Assembly (NCBI RefSeq): GCF_009914755.1
Contig: NC_060939.1
From: the human T2T-CHM13v2.0 reference genome, Homo sapiens
Strand: one strand, 5' to 3'
DNA length: 64,000 bases
Below the pieces are notes generated by a model. It saw only the letters and a list, made by a program, of their open reading frames with translations. It did not search any database and was not told the DNA's origin. The position numbers and the translations under genes were made by a program. Positions 46,201 to 56,676 of this stretch are shown here, one piece after another; the first letter of the stretch is position 1; each line of letters begins with the position of its first letter.

Positions 46201-47012
46201 TCCAGGGACAGGGGACAGAGAAGGGAACAAGGGGGAGGGGAGGCCTCTGGGCTTCTATCTGGACTTCTATCTGCAGTGCTCCCTACTGTCCCTGCCCTTC
46301 ATCCCAGGACCACTGCTCTCATCCTGACCTCCACCCGCCACCAGACAGCCTCCTAACTAACTCCCCTGCATCCTTCCACCCCAGCCTCAGAGGCTCCTTC
46401 CTGCATAAACTTCTGTGTTCTAAAACCTATTTACTTGATCTTGGAGGGAGTCCTGAGTTTCTACAACTCAAATCCTACCTCATCACTCATAAACCCTCCC
46501 CACAGGTCCCTCCCTACTCTCCAACCCTCACCCAGACCCCTACCCTGCCTGGAGCAAATCCCATTCCCACATCTCTTCAGCCGGCACCAGCCTCCTGCAC
46601 ACACACTCAAGGCCACAGCATCCCACAGGGTCGCATTTGATCAGCTTGCCCTCCAGAACTGCCCCTTGAAGGCAGGGAGTCCTGAGGCTGTTTCTAGCAT
46701 GACCCAGGCCAGGCCTTCCAGGGGGAAGTGGTGGGAGGTGAAGGCTGGGAATGGGGAAAAGGGGTGCACGTGCTATTGGGGCTCTGGGGTCAAGGCTCGA
46801 GCAAGCAGCACGCTGCTGAGGAGTCGTGGGTTCAGGTCCCCATTCCTGCCTCTCACTAGCTACAGCCCTGCTGAGCTGGCTCCTGGGCCCTAACCAGGAC
46901 ATGAAAGAATGCATGTGATGCTCACGCAGCCAGGGGGTGGCGAGTAATAAACAGGAGCCCCCACCAACACCCCCTGACCAGGACAGCTTTGCAGGCAAGG
47001 AACAGGCGCAGG

Positions 47013-48347
47013 TAAATAAATAGCTTGTTTATTAGTAATATGTTACATTATTAAAGTGCATTGAGAAGAGGTGCAGGGGCCAAAGCTGGAAGGCCACTGG
47101 CCCCAGCCACTGCCCTGGGTGGCCAGACACAGCCGGAGAAGGGCCCAGCTCCCCCCTGAAATGGATGGACAGGGCTGGGGGCAGGGCCGCCTGCCTGGAG
47201 AGCTCGGCCCAGGCCATCCCCACCGGAATTTTCACAGTTTAGCCTAAGTTATAACATGTCCTGAGCGAAGGTGGGAGGCTAGGAGCATGGAAGCACAGCC
47301 CCTGGGGAAGGGGGCTGAGAGGAAGGGAGGAGGCCCCCCGCCCCCCAACCCTCAACGCCAAGGGCAGAGTCCTGGAACCTCCCCCTGAGGACCCGGCTCG
47401 TCCTTCCAAATGAACACGGTGAAACTAGGGCTCAGTTTTCTCCTTCATTCTCCCGTTTCCCTCACCCCACCCCCTCCCATAACCACCCCCAACACTAGGG
47501 GCTCCAACAACGTCCCCCTCAGACCGGGCTCCCAGGGCAGAGCCAGCTCATGCCACTCTCCAAGAACCCATGCCCGTCTCCAGACTCTTATCTCATCCCC
47601 GGGAGCCTCAGACTGGGATCACCCCCGCTCCCCAACCCATCCCTTCCCAGCCCCTCCCTTTCCCACCCACCCCCCCGCATGTAGTTTTGGTATTTTCATA
47701 CAGATGCAGTCGGAAGTAGCTATACATGAAATAAGCCTAACATAAAAATAGAGCTTTTTCCGTCCTTCCGTCCGGAAAGCAAACATCCTTCAATAAACAT
47801 GCAAGGCGGCTGTCCTGTGGGACCCAGGACCAGAGAGGGAGCTGCAGAGGACAGGGCTGGACAGAGGGTAGCCCTGGGTCTTCAGGAACACCAGCCACCC
47901 AGCCATGAGAGAGGGAGGGGAAGGAGGCAATGTGGGTACCAAGAGTCCAGAAGGACTCAGGCCTCAGCCCCAGGGTCGAGATGGAGTCCCAGCTCTCCTA
48001 TCCAAACCCACTCCCCGACCCATGGGCTCTTGGGCTGGGAGCATCGCTGCATTTAGTCAAGTTTGAGGAGTCTGAAAAATATTTTCCAGAAGATAAAGTC
48101 TTGGGTCATCGATGCCCCAGCTTCACAGTCGGTGCCCTCATTCTCAGCCCCTCACCATCCGTGCGCCACCTGGGGCCCAGCAGCCGCCTGCGGCTGGACG
48201 TCTCCAGGCCTGGCATCCTCCACTGGGTTATTCTGTCCCCTGGAAGAAGTGGCAGGCAAGGAGCTCCCGGGCCAGCCGGCTCTGAGTGTGAGACGTTCTA
48301 GTGCCCTGGGCTGCAGAAGCCTGAGGCATGCCCAGCCTCGGGAGGCC
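47013..48347 (-). other. SEMA7A: SEMA7A 3' UTR
   Basis: Lies between the TAG stop (48348-48350) and the poly(A) signal; the 3' end is approximate. Confidence 0.85.
47028..47033 (-). terminator. SEMA7A: SEMA7A poly(A) signal AATAAA (cleavage expected about 47010-47015)
   Basis: TTTATT on the plus strand in an AT-rich block 1.3 kb past the stop codon. Confidence 0.85.
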
Positions 48348-48709
48348 CTAGTGGACCAGCAAGCCAAGAGTGAGTGTGGGCAGCACCCCCAGCCAGAGGG
48401 AGGCGGCCAGGGCACAGGCATGACCCAGCAGGTGCTCGGCCATGATGCCGTCCTCGGGCAGCAGCTGCCAGTGCTGAGCCTCGCGGAAGTAGGAGCCCTC
48501 CTGGGCCTCGCAGAAGTAGTGGCCGTACTGCTGCGCCGTGAGGTTCTCGATGAACAGGATGCAGTTGGGGCTCTGGTGACCAGGTTCGCAGCTCTGCTCC
48601 ACGTTCTCCTTGTGGCGCCATGAGTAGGTGGCGTGGCGGGATTCCATGGGGCAGCTCAGGTAGTAGCGAGAGTTTGGGGCCAGGGAAACCTTCTGCAGTG
48701 GGGCCTTGT
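48348..48709 (-). CDS. SEMA7A: Semaphorin-7A exon 14 (Ig domain, GPI signal, stop)
   Basis: (D)KAPLQKVSLAPNSRYYLSC...LTLGLLVH*; AG acceptor at 48711-48710; 362 nt. Confidence 0.98.
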
Positions 48710-49018
48710 CTGGGGAGGCAGTGGGGAAGCAGCCGTGAGGAGGGACAAAGAGCTCCCAGGGGAGGATGTGTCCTCCCCACGGACTGGGATCCCAGGACAA
48801 GGCTTCTGAATGAACGTGGGGAACCCAGCCCTCAGCGTCCTCCTTTTTTCTCCCGTCTCGCTCATCCCACCAAGAGGGCTCCCTCTGCAGGACTGTATCC
48901 TGCCCCATGTACCTGGGGCCCACAGGACAAGGCCATGTCTCCCTCAGACCAGGACAATCAGGGCAGGGCAGTACCCCACTCATTGGGCCACAGCCGCCAG
49001 CAGGGCCAGATCAGGTAC

Positions 49019-49080
49019 CTGGTTTGGGGTTGGGACACTCCTTGTGTGGCTCGGCTGGATTAATGGATTGCAGCACTGAC
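49019..49080 (-). CDS. SEMA7A: Semaphorin-7A exon 13
   Basis: SVLQSINPAEPHKECPNPKP; 62 nt; AG/GT flanks. Confidence 0.97.
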
Positions 49081-49156
49081 CTGGAGTGGGAAGGACGAAA
49101 GAGGATCAGCAGATACAAGGCTGCAGACCTGACCCTCCTATCCTTACCCCAGTGCA
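49081..49156 (-). ncRNA. MIR6881: MIR6881 hairpin (5'-tailed mirtron-like) at the 3' end of SEMA7A intron 12
   Basis: UGGGGUAAGGAUAGGAGGGUCA (49151-49130) pairs with AUCCUCUUUCGUCCUUCCCACU (49106-49085); the hairpin ends at the acceptor AG. Mature sequences recalled as miR-6881-5p/3p. Confidence 0.85.
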
Positions 49157-49279
49157 GTTCCAGCAGAGAGGAGGGTCCCACAAGAAAGGCCCAGTACCGC
49201 CACCTCCTCCAGCCCGACAACACCTCCCCCTCTCCCATGCCCACCTTCTCCCAGGGACGAGGGATCCCGGCCAACGTAC

Positions 49280-49434
49280 CGTTCGGAGCTGTAGATGGAG
49301 ATGCAGCGGCCTTGGTCCCAGCCGCAGTAGGGGTCTCGGGACATGAGGCAACCGTGGCAGCCCCCGCCATAGACCTCACACAGGTCCAGGGGCACCTGGC
49401 TCACCTCCCACTGGGAGCTCACATACAGCTTCCT
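49280..49434 (-). CDS. SEMA7A: Semaphorin-7A exon 12 (PSI domain)
   Basis: [51 protein letters not shown]; 155 nt. Confidence 0.98.
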
Positions 49435-49608
49435 CTGGAAGGACAGCAGGATTGGGTCAGGCCCGGGCCCCACCCCACACTCAGTCCTAAATGTCCAGGC
49501 CCTAAGGCCTAGAAGCTCTTAAAAGAACACACAAATCACATGCAAAGGAGCCCTGTCCTCAGCTGCAGTCACTGCATAGCCCATGGGACGCAGTGGGGGA
49601 AGGCTCAC

Positions 49609-49736
49609 CCGCTCAGCATCCAGCGACATGGTCTGGATGGCAGCCGCGCGGCGGAAGGGCTGGATCTCCATGATGTTGAAGGCGAAGCTGTGCTCCTGCT
49701 CCCCCGGTTCCACCACCTTGTGGATAGTGCCCCTGT
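49609..49736 (-). CDS. SEMA7A: Semaphorin-7A exon 11
   Basis: (D)RGTIHKVVEPGEQEHSFAFNIMEIQPFRRAAAIQTMSLDAER; 128 nt. Confidence 0.98.
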
Positions 49737-50281
49737 CTGTGTATGGTGGACAGAGGGTCAGTGGGCGGGAGTCCCACTGAGGGGCCAGGCAGCTTTCCTC
49801 TAGGCCGGGGAGGGGTGGGAAGTCACAACTCAGGCAAGGGTCACAGGACTGGTGTGGGCAGGGCGAGGAGAGCGTGACTGGGGAAGAATGTGGGAGCCTA
49901 AGGGCAGCCTGGAACCTTCCAAGGCTGATCCAGAGAGGCCATCCCAGGAGGCCCAGGGGTCCCTGGATACGGCCTCCAACATTCCCAAGGCTGCACGGGA
50001 AGAACAGAAGCAGGAGCCCCACACCAGCAAGGTCAGTGCGGCTGCTGTCCATGCATCACCTCGTTTAACCCTCCACAGCCCTGCGAGGTGGCTGTCATCT
50101 TCCCCACTCCACAGATAAGGAAATCAGGCTCAGAAAGGCTAAGCCACTTGCTCAAGGTCACACAGCTGGTGAGCAGCAGAGACCGAGTTGGAACCCAAAT
50201 CTGTCAGAGCCCAACCACTCAGCTGCTTCTACAACTCCCCTGCCTCCTGGACTCTTAGGGAATATATTTACTTTAAATACA

Positions 50282-50538
50282 TTTTTTTTTTATTTTGGAG
50301 TAATTTTAGATTCCCAGAAAAGTTGCAAAGATAGTACAGAGAGCTCCAATCTACCCTTCTCCAGTTCCCCCTAATGTTACCATCTTACATAACCACGGTA
50401 TATTTGTCACAACTAGGCAACTGACATTGGTGCATTACTATTAACAAAACTACAGACTTTATTTGGATTTCACTAGTTTTTCCACAAATGTCCTTCTTCT
50501 GTTCTAGGATCCAATTCAGGACTCCACGTTGCATTTGA
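50282..50538 (-). mobile_element. L1MC-type 3' end fragment in SEMA7A intron 10
   Basis: TAATTTTAGATT...AGAAAAGTTGCAAAGATAGTACAGAGAG...TAGGATCCAATTCAGGA. Confidence 0.75.
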
Positions 50539-52270
50539 TCTTAGGGGATATCTTAATTTTATAAAATCTTAGATCTAAAAAGGATCTTGGATTCTAAATC
50601 AAGAGTTCCCAAGGTCTTATAACCGAGCTGCCTGCCTCCTAGACCAATGCTCTCTCCGTTCACAATTAGGGACCAATGGGCACCCTGACCCCTGGTCCTC
50701 CCAATCCTACCTCACCTGCTCTCCCAGTTTCTAGAATAGCCTACCTCCCTCTCTCCCTCCCTCCCAATTTCCCAGGGCATCACCTGCCCCAAAAAAGCAG
50801 TCAGATGATTGCCTGCCTAGGATGTTTCCTCTACACATCCGTGATCCTCATCTGTGGACTCTGAGATGTGGCCAGATGCTCCTTGGGCCTGATAAGGCCC
50901 CACCCCAGCCACTGCCTTCACAGACATACTGCCCTATACCTCCTTCCAAACCAGCCCCAGTAACAGCATACCCTTGGCAAAATTCTCAGGAAAAGAGCCA
51001 ATACTTCTCCCAGTTGTGAGAGCCTCCCATTCTCTGCAGAGGACTTAGAAAGCTCTATTTTTCAGTCTAGCCCAAATACGAATGATGCAGGCTCCAAAAT
51101 GGTGCCTCCTCCACTGCCCTTAGAACGAAGACACCTTCTCTAATCACTCAAGTGTGCTCACCTCCCAAGTCTGCAGGAAGGGAATCCATGGCCCAAGTCC
51201 AGCCTTCCTTGTCCTAGCTCCTGCTCCCAGTTCCGCACTGTGTGACCTCTCCTCTTCTGCTCCCCAGTGCCCTGCCATCCCTGGCTGACCACAACAGCTG
51301 TGCCAGCCACTACTGGAGCCAAGCAAGGATGGGGGCCCAAGGGTGTAGCCGGGATGAATAGGGAGTAAAGAGGCAGGGAATCAGGACCCAGGCCCTGCCC
51401 TGTGGGAAATTCCTCTCCCCAAGGCTTCCAGGAGCCAAACAATGGTGCTGGGGTTCCAGTTTCCTACAAGGTCACCAAAGCCGAGACAGTTCCAAGGTGA
51501 AGCAGCAACAGGAGATCACATGGGGAATGTGAACAACTGAGGTTGGGCGCCTGGGCCTGAATTGAATGGCCCCAGGGGTGCTAGAGGCCCTTTCCAGTCT
51601 CAAGGAAGGCAGCTGGCATGGGAAGCTGCGACAAACCCAACTCAGGACTGGCTCCTCCGTGTCCTGTGGCTTTCCAGAAAGCAGGAGCATCTCCCACGGC
51701 ATTCCACCCAGCTTCCCCCAGCAGGGCCTACTCCAGGGAAGAAGAGAAGCTGCCCCTGTCCTCTGTGAGATGGCAAAGGTTCTGCCCCCTGGAACTCCTT
51801 CCTCATACCTAATTTGTGCCCCATCAACTCCTCAAATGTTTCCTCTCACCTGCACAATCCCAAAGACAGGCGCAGGGCCTGACTCCCTCATTCTGCCTGG
51901 CAGAGGCCAGTATCCCTGTGGTTCAGGCCCCTCCTCCTCATTTGCCACGTCTCTTCCTACCATCTTCTTCCCTGAGTCAGACATCTGGACCAAAGGTGCA
52001 CCTGGCTTTGCTCAGACTCTCCAGATTTCCGCCTCCAAATCCCAGTGCTTGCTTTTCTCCCATCCCCCTTTCCCTCTTGCCCCTACCTCCTCCAGGAAGC
52101 TCTCCCTGCCTGACTCTTCCACACCCACACACATTAACCCCTGACAACTCCAGTCACTCAATTATTCCTTCCACATGTAAAGATCCAACCAGATGTTAAC
52201 TACATTATTCCTTACACCTTTCATGCCCGTTTTTACAAAGCAAACTGAGGGTCCCGGGGTAGCCTCTCAC

Positions 52271-52469
52271 CTGTAGTTAGGTAAAGCACATGAAAGGTCT
52301 CCCCGTGGCTGGCTTGCATGCGGTGGACGGCCACTTTCTGGTAGTGGTATTTAGAGTGGAACAATGGCGTCTTCAGAGGCCCCATGGGCTCCACCCTCTG
52401 CGCCACCTCTGGGTGACGGTCAGCCACCTGGAAGGTCTCTGTGGGTATCGGCTGCTGGTCTGGGAGGCA
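52271..52469 (-). CDS. SEMA7A: Semaphorin-7A exon 10
   Basis: [22 protein letters not shown]...FHVLYLTT; 199 nt. Confidence 0.98.
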
Positions 52470-52561
52470 CTGGGCAAGGAGAGCAGGCCCAGGTCAGTGG
52501 GGTGGTGGGAGGTGAGGCAGAAGGAGGGCTGGGCCTGGGCCACGGCTGGTGTCACGCTCAC

Positions 52562-52670
52562 CTTGCCAGGCCGCGGGTTGGGAAGGCTTGAGTGGTAGCC
52601 CTTGAGTGAGGAGGTACGGAAGACCTTGTCAATGTCACCGAGGGAATACACACAGACGGCTGAGTAGTTC
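52562..52670 (-). CDS. SEMA7A: Semaphorin-7A exon 9
   Basis: [36 protein letters not shown]; 109 nt. Confidence 0.98.
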
Positions 52671-53524
52671 CTGCAGTGACATGGAGACCAGCTCAATGGG
52701 GGGCCCAGAACCCACCCATCCACCTCCACTCACCCAGGCCAGCCTTGTGCCTGGCACTGAGTTGCCAACCACCACTGAAAATGGGGAGGGATGGAGAGGA
52801 GGAAGGAGAGGAGTTCAGCCTAATTTCTTTGTGCTGCAATTTAAAACCACAAACTTGTATCCTGTTACAGAATCACTGAGTCTAGAGGCCATCTGCTCTA
52901 CCCAACCCCAAGGCAGGAGGAACCCCATCATAGGCTGAGCAGTTCTCTAGCCCTCCCTGGGCACAGGCTGTGGGGTGCTGATGCCCCAGGAGGCCAGACC
53001 CCCAACCCCTTCCCAGCCTGGGGGACCCCACTCACCCAGGAGCCACAGAGCAGGGTCTTGGCTTCCTCCACTCTATCCCTAACTCTCCCCACACACACCC
53101 AACACTTCCGCCTGCCGTGTGTTCAATCAATGAGAGTGATTAAGAAGTGTGAATTATCGGGCTCAGGCAGTGCCTGAGCAGGTGTAATAGCACCCAGCTC
53201 CCCGAGAGATGCTTCAGCAGCTTCCTCCTGGGCCCAGTGTCCACTCTCGGCACAAGCAGGTGGTGGGACACACAGGCACAAGTGCAGTCATGAGTGTGCA
53301 TATAGGGCATGCACACACACCCATGAGTGCAGACTCACTCACACAACAGTACATACATCGCACTGGCTGTCCCCCCACCCCACACCCAGCAACAGCCCAG
53401 CCTCTTGAGCCTGCAGCCCCTGCTCCTGCCACACCAGGGAGGCCCTCAGCAGGGCCCAAGGCCTCCTGTCCCTACTGGACACTGAACCAATGCCAGCCCC
53501 GGCCCCAGGACAAGGGCCACTCAC

Positions 53525-53709
53525 CAGGGGTTGGAGAAAACACCATAGACCCTGGTGTCCCTCCACTGGCCGCTGGGGTCAGGGAGCAGGAAGACGTCTT
53601 GCAGCCTGTTGAAGTTCTTGTTGGTGGCAGCATCACTGCATACCAGCATGGCTTTCAGAAAAGTGTTCCACTTGGAGACTGACAGTGAACTTTCCCCACC
53701 CTGGTCCCC
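53525..53709 (-). CDS. SEMA7A: Semaphorin-7A exon 8
   Basis: GDQGGESSLSVSKWNTFLKAMLVC...VYGVFSNPW; 185 nt. Confidence 0.98.
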
Positions 53710-53979
53710 CTGGAAGGGTAGAGGGGAGAAGAGGCCCCTCAGCACCTGCCCGGGCTTCCCCACACACCCCAGGAAACCACTGCCAGCAATATCAACACCT
53801 GGGCCCAGAGGAGGAAGGCAGGCTGTGAGGGGCCAGGACCTGCCGGGGGTGCCCCAGGACTCAGGGCAGGTCTCCAGATGAGACTCCAGCAAGCAGGCCT
53901 GGCTGATCCAGAGCCCAGGGCCAGCAGTGCCCAGGGTCAGGGCAGGTGAGAGTGCCAGGTCCCCACAGAGCAGACGGAC

Positions 53980-54270
53980 TCAGACACACATTTACTGACT
54001 CACACACCCACACACGTGGCACAGCACATTCACACAGGCAAAACACACACACACACACACACACACCCCATCATACACACGCTCACACGCCATCATACGT
54101 GCACAGGAGCTCAGCCACCTTTACCCACACACAGACACATGATGCTCCATGCACACACAGCTGCTCCCACAGTCCCTGACACAGACCCACTCATACATCC
54201 ACACAACTTCTACATGCACACGGACACACAGAACTCACCCTCACTCAGGCCTATTCATGCACAGACACGT
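53980..54270. repeat. CA-rich low-complexity tract with a (CA)n core, intron 7
   Basis: Seen directly. Confidence 0.85.
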
Positions 54271-54298
54271 AGCCAGCAGCCCTCACGCCCCTGCTCAC

Positions 54299-54438
54299 CC
54301 TGCACAACTGGGCCACACGGGACACATTGAGAGGAGCCTCAGGATTCTTGTCAGGATTGTCCTCTCGGAAGAAGTAGTAGATCTTGTCATCGTAAGCCTG
54401 GTCTTGGTGCACGATGGTGGCTTTGATGAACTGTGGGT
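54299..54438 (-). CDS. SEMA7A: Semaphorin-7A exon 7
   Basis: PQFIKATIVHQDQAYDDKIYYFFRED...VAQLCR; 140 nt. Confidence 0.98.
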
Positions 54439-55058
54439 CTGCCAGGGACAGAGGCGAGTGGGCGTAAGGCTGGGAAGCTTGCCCGGGAGACCATCCCAAC
54501 CCTGCACACTCTCCTCCCTCCTTCGGGTCTGCACAAACCATGGCAAATCAGATCTGGAATAGGACTCAGAACATCAGGTCCAACTCCCCGAGGGGCCCTA
54601 GACCCTGCACCTCCACCCCACACCTGTTTTGCCCTCTTCCTACAAAGATGTCATCGGCCCAGGAGCAATGACTTCATGCCTGGGGACTGGGGGAAGGTCC
54701 CTGGGGGCCCCTATGTCACTTCTGCTCAATTGGCAGAGCCCTGATGAGGAGGGAGTTGGGGGCTGCCTCCACGTGAACTCAGCAGAGCATAAACTTTGGC
54801 TCCTGGGGACCCTGCACTGGGTCTGGGGCTCCCTCTGTTTGTGTTCCTGAAGAGGGCTGGGCCCATCCCACTGCTATACCTTGTCTGTTCCTCTGCTCCC
54901 AGCCAACCCTAACTTCTCAGGCCTATACCAAGGTCCTGCTTTCCTGCATGGCCCCAGCGGCCCTCAGGGAGCCCTCCCAGAAACATCAGGATCCCATCTG
55001 CCACCTTAAGTGCTCACACCCCCTTGCCCACCCTCAGCCCAGCCGGAGCCTGACTCAC

Positions 55059-55169
55059 TCTGCATGACAGTATCACTGGTGTACAGCTCACTCTCGCCCC
55101 GGATGCGGCGGAACCGAGGGATCTTCCCATTGTATTCCTGCTTCCGGATGGTGGAATACACCTCGTCCC
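55059..55169 (-). CDS. SEMA7A: Semaphorin-7A exon 6
   Basis: [36 protein letters not shown]; 111 nt. Confidence 0.98.
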
Positions 55170-55314
55170 CTGGGGTCAGTGGGAGGGAGAAATGAGTAAG
55201 GGCAGGCAGCTCCTGGAAGTCCCTCCTCCGGACACTGGACAAAGAGCTGACCACTCCTCTCCCAGCCCAGTTCAGAAGCATCCCCCTGGGGCGCCTGCTC
55301 CAGCACTGCCCTAC

Positions 55315-55399
55315 CTTCAAACAGAACCAGGGAGTTCTCGTCCGGGCTGAAGGGGGCATAGCCTCTCATCTCGCCAAGTGGCACCACAGTGCCATTCAC
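55315..55399 (-). CDS. SEMA7A: Semaphorin-7A exon 5
   Basis: [28 protein letters not shown]; 85 nt. Confidence 0.98.
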
Positions 55400-55600
55400 C
55401 TGTGGGAGATCCAGAGGGTTGGATGGCCACATAATCCCACAGCCACTGCCTCCCATGACGGCCAGTTTCTCGGCCAGGAGCCCCATCCTCCCAGGGCAAG
55501 GCCAGCATTGGAGTCTCGCCATCTCCTTCCCACCATGAGGGGCAGAAGCCCACGCAGTAGAAGGTGAGCTGATCAGGCACATGGGGAGCAGCCTTCTCAC

Positions 55601-55693
55601 CAGGTTCCAGCAGCTGGGGTGCCGGGCGTTGGTGCCACAGGCCAGCAGCCCCTCACTCCGCCTCTCCAGGAGAGTGATGTAGTTCTCGCAGTC
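55601..55693 (-). CDS. SEMA7A: Semaphorin-7A exon 4
   Basis: [31 protein letters not shown]; 93 nt. Confidence 0.98.
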
Positions 55694-55991
55694 CTGCCCG
55701 GGGAAGAGAGAAGGGAGGAGAGAAATTGGTTGCTGGAAGGCCCTGGCAAGCCTAGCACTAGGACCCCCAGGATCAGGGAAGAAGGTGTCAGAAGGGCTTA
55801 GCATAGGTGACAGCCTCCCGGGACAGCCCAGAGTGTGTGCAGCTGACGCCATCCCCTAAGCACAGAGGACCACGTCTCCCCATCAGTCTGGGACTCGTGG
55901 GGCAGGGCCATGCTTCCTTCCTTAGACCCTCAGGGTCTCCTCTCCCTTTACCAAGTGGCTCAGACCCCTCCATACTCCCTCCCCCACTCAC

Positions 55992-56033
55992 CCGCTTATC
56001 CAGACAGGACCCCTTTGTGGAGCCGATATTCAC
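55992..56033 (-). CDS. SEMA7A: Semaphorin-7A exon 3
   Basis: VNIGSTKGSCLDKR; 42 nt; phase 0/0. Confidence 0.97.
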
Positions 56034-56524
56034 CTGGGGGAAGGGGAGAAGCATTAGTTCAATCTGCCAGGGGTGAGGTACCCCTGAAATGCTTTCCACA
56101 CAGCCTCAGGATAAGCCCCAAAGGAAGCAACCATTATTCTCATCTGACAGATGAGCAACTGGGGCTCTGAGAGGGTGAGTGATCTACCTGAGGTCAAACA
56201 GGGTCTCATATCCAGAGCTGAGGCCCAGAGGGTTCAGAAGACCAGGCATGGGCTCTGGGGCCCAGCTTCCAGCCTGGGCTTTCCGCAGCAGCGCTGCCCA
56301 GCTGGCCAGGCCCATTAGCTCCTGTTTTTCTCCACACCGCCCCAGCTCCCCACTCCAATCTGGACTACCTTTAGGGAGCCTCCCCCAGGAGCCATTTATA
56401 GGATACGGAGGTGGGGGCAGTTTAGGAAGAGAAGCCAGCTCCCTCGGATTCCCTGAGGACCCTTGGCAGGGCCAGAGGGGAGATAAGAGGGTAGGGGGGG
56501 TGTTGGGGGAAGAGAGAGGCTCAC

Positions 56525-56676
56525 CGTGCGCACAGATGCGTTCTTGCCCTCGGGGAAGTCAAAGAGGTAGACCTTGCCACGTCCTCCCACCCACACAGAG
56601 GAGCTGCCTGGCTCGTGGAAAAGCACCGTGTGCGGCTCAGTCTGGCCAAAGTCCACCCGGTCCTGCCCTACATGGC
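56525..56676 (-). CDS. SEMA7A: Semaphorin-7A exon 2 (start of Sema domain)
   Basis: (G)HVGQDRVDFGQTEPHTVLFHEPGSSSVWVGGRGKVYLFDFPEGKNASVRT; 152 nt; branch-like TACTAAT upstream of the acceptor. Exon 1 lies beyond 64000. Confidence 0.98.

Noticed and set aside
48063-48623. 186-aa ORF antisense to SEMA7A exon 14
   Set aside because: Shadow frame of a GC3-rich coding exon.
55088-55852. 254-aa ORF containing SEMA7A peptides
   Set aside because: Read-through of exons 4-5 and flanking introns; intron 4 (201 nt) is merely stop-free in frame. Not a separate gene.
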